A stretch of 26,344 bases of DNA from Frankiales bacterium (GTDB taxonomy: Bacteria; Actinomycetota; Actinomycetes; Mycobacteriales; SCTD01): NCBI GenBank assembly GCA_043721555.1, contig JAYSQK010000396.1, positions 1 to 26,344 of the forward strand. The letters are read 5' to 3'. Of the stretch, positions 25,135-26,344 are shown piece by piece (within the stretch, counting starts at the first letter, position 1; each line of letters opens with the position of its first letter). The position numbers and the translations under genes are program-made. Below the pieces are notes generated by a model, which was not told the DNA's origin, made no database searches, and saw nothing but the letters and a program-made list of their open reading frames with translations.

Positions 25135-26344
25135 GCTCGAGCACCTTCCGATCCCTGCGCGTCCGCAACTACCGGCTGTTCGCCGGCGGCCAAGTCGTCT
25201 CGCTGTCGGGCACCTGGGCGCAGCGCATCGCGCAGGACTGGCTCGTCCTGTCGATCGCGCCCAACCCCGGCCTCGCACTCGGGCTCACCACCGGGCTGCA
25301 ATTCCTGCCGGTGCTGCTCTTCGGCTTGTACGGCGGGGTGCTGGCCGACCGCTACGACAAGCGCCGGATGTTGATCGGCGCCCAGGTGGCAATGGGGTTG
25401 TTAGCCGTGCTGCTTGGCGTTCTCGACCTCACTGGTGTGGTGCAGCTCTGGCACGTTTATGCCCTCGCCTTCGCGCTCGGGATGGCCAGCGTCGTCGACA
25501 CTCCCGTCCGGCAGGCCTTCGTCTCCGAGATCGTTGGGGCCGACGACATGCCCAATGCCGTCAGCCTCAACAGCGCCACCTTCAACTCCGCGCGCATCGT
25601 CGGACCGGCTATCGCCGGGCTGGCGATCAACGCCGTCGGCACCGGCTGGGTCTTTCTCGGCAATGCTGTCAGCTACCTCGCCGTCATCGGGGGCCTGCTG
25701 GCGATGCGCACCGGCGAGCTCAACCCCAGCCGCCGGGTCGCCCGCAGCAAGGGTCAATTGCGCGAGGGGCTTGGCTACGTTCGGCAGCGACCCCACCTGC
25801 TCGTCCCGATCGCCTTGGTGTTCATGGTCGGCACATTCGGGCTGAACTTCCAGATCACCCTCGCGCTGGTCGCCAAGCAGGTGTTCCACAAGGGCGCCGG
25901 CTCGTTCGCGCTGCTGACGTCGGCCCTCGCGGTCGGCTCGCTGCTCGGCGCGCTGGTCAGTGCCCGGCGGGAGGGCACGCCGCGCACCCGCCTGCTGTTC
26001 GGGGCCGCACTCGCGTTCGGCCTGCTGGAGGTCGCGGTCGCCTATGCCCCGTCGTACGCCGTGACGGTGGTGCTGCTCGTCCCGACCGGCGTGGCGGTTC
26101 TGTTGTTCACGACGACCGCGAACTCGCTGGTGCAGCTTGGCTCGAGCCCTGAGGTCCGCGGCCGGGTGATGGCGCTCTACGTGCTGGTGTTTCTCGGTGG
26201 GAACCCGATCGGTGCGCCGCTGATCGGTGCGCTCGCACAGGCCCGCGGACCCCGGTCCGGTCTGGTTGCAGGCGGTCTCGTGTGTGCCATGTCGGCCGTG
26301 GTGGCGGCGATCTACCTGGCGCGCGCGAAGGGGCTGACCGTGCA
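25131..26344 (+). CDS. MFS transporter (MFS_3/DUF894 type), truncated by the window end
   Basis: ATG 25131 overlaps the marR stop (ATGA). TFRSLRVRNYRLF..GQ..SL.GTW.QRIAQDWLVL, GVLADRYDKRR, NAVSLNSATFN.ARIVGPA, RGRVMALY. No stop in the window, so absent from the track. Confidence 0.93.
   Translation, partial: MSSSTFRSLRVRNYRLFAGGQVVSLSGTWAQRIAQDWLVLSIAPNPGLALGLTTGLQFLPVLLFGLYGGVLADRYDKRRMLIGAQVAMGLLAVLLGVLDLTGVVQLWHVYALAFALGMASVVDTPVRQAFVSEIVGADDMPNAVSLNSATFNSARIVGPAIAGLAINAVGTGWVFLGNAVSYLAVIGGLLAMRTGELNPSRRVARSKGQLREGLGYVRQRPHLLVPIALVFMVGTFGLNFQITLALVAKQVFHKGAGSFALLTSALAVGSLLGALVSARREGTPRTRLLFGAALAFGLLEVAVAYAPSYAVTVVLLVPTGVAVLLFTTTANSLVQLGSSPEVRGRVMALYVLVFLGGNPIGAPLIGALAQARGPRSGLVAGGLVCAMSAVVAAIYLARAKGLTV

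Overview
Very GC-rich actinobacterial chromosomal DNA. The gene order matches the conserved actinomycete xpb / HAD / cold-shock / DUF2771 / DUF3027 / sacsin-like / DUF2530 / NCS2 / MarR / MFS neighbourhood. I support 25 CDSs, two of which are truncated by the window edges and are missing from the ORF track. Most long track ORFs are GC-rich shadow frames or have over-extended starts. Accessory content: an HD-GYP plus membrane-sensor module, an acyl-CoA synthetase / MfpA-like pentapeptide / aldo-keto reductase operon, an RHH-antitoxin/Doc toxin pair, and a two-gene ABC module. Strongest leads: (1) a seamless fusion of an intact HAD phosphatase to a three-Cys LarE sulfur insertase, with no larA/B/C in the window; (2) an ABC cassette bracketed by two ~76-bp direct repeats that each fold into a long hairpin, as if integrated into a hairpin att-like site, plus three more long intergenic hairpins; (3) three gene remnants (HNH, FtsX permease, nucleotidyltransferase) marking deletion scars; (4) a probable CTG start codon; (5) an exact PafBC-type DNA-damage promoter; (6) about ten leaderless promoters. 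All family assignments come from motif recognition by eye; no database search was run.
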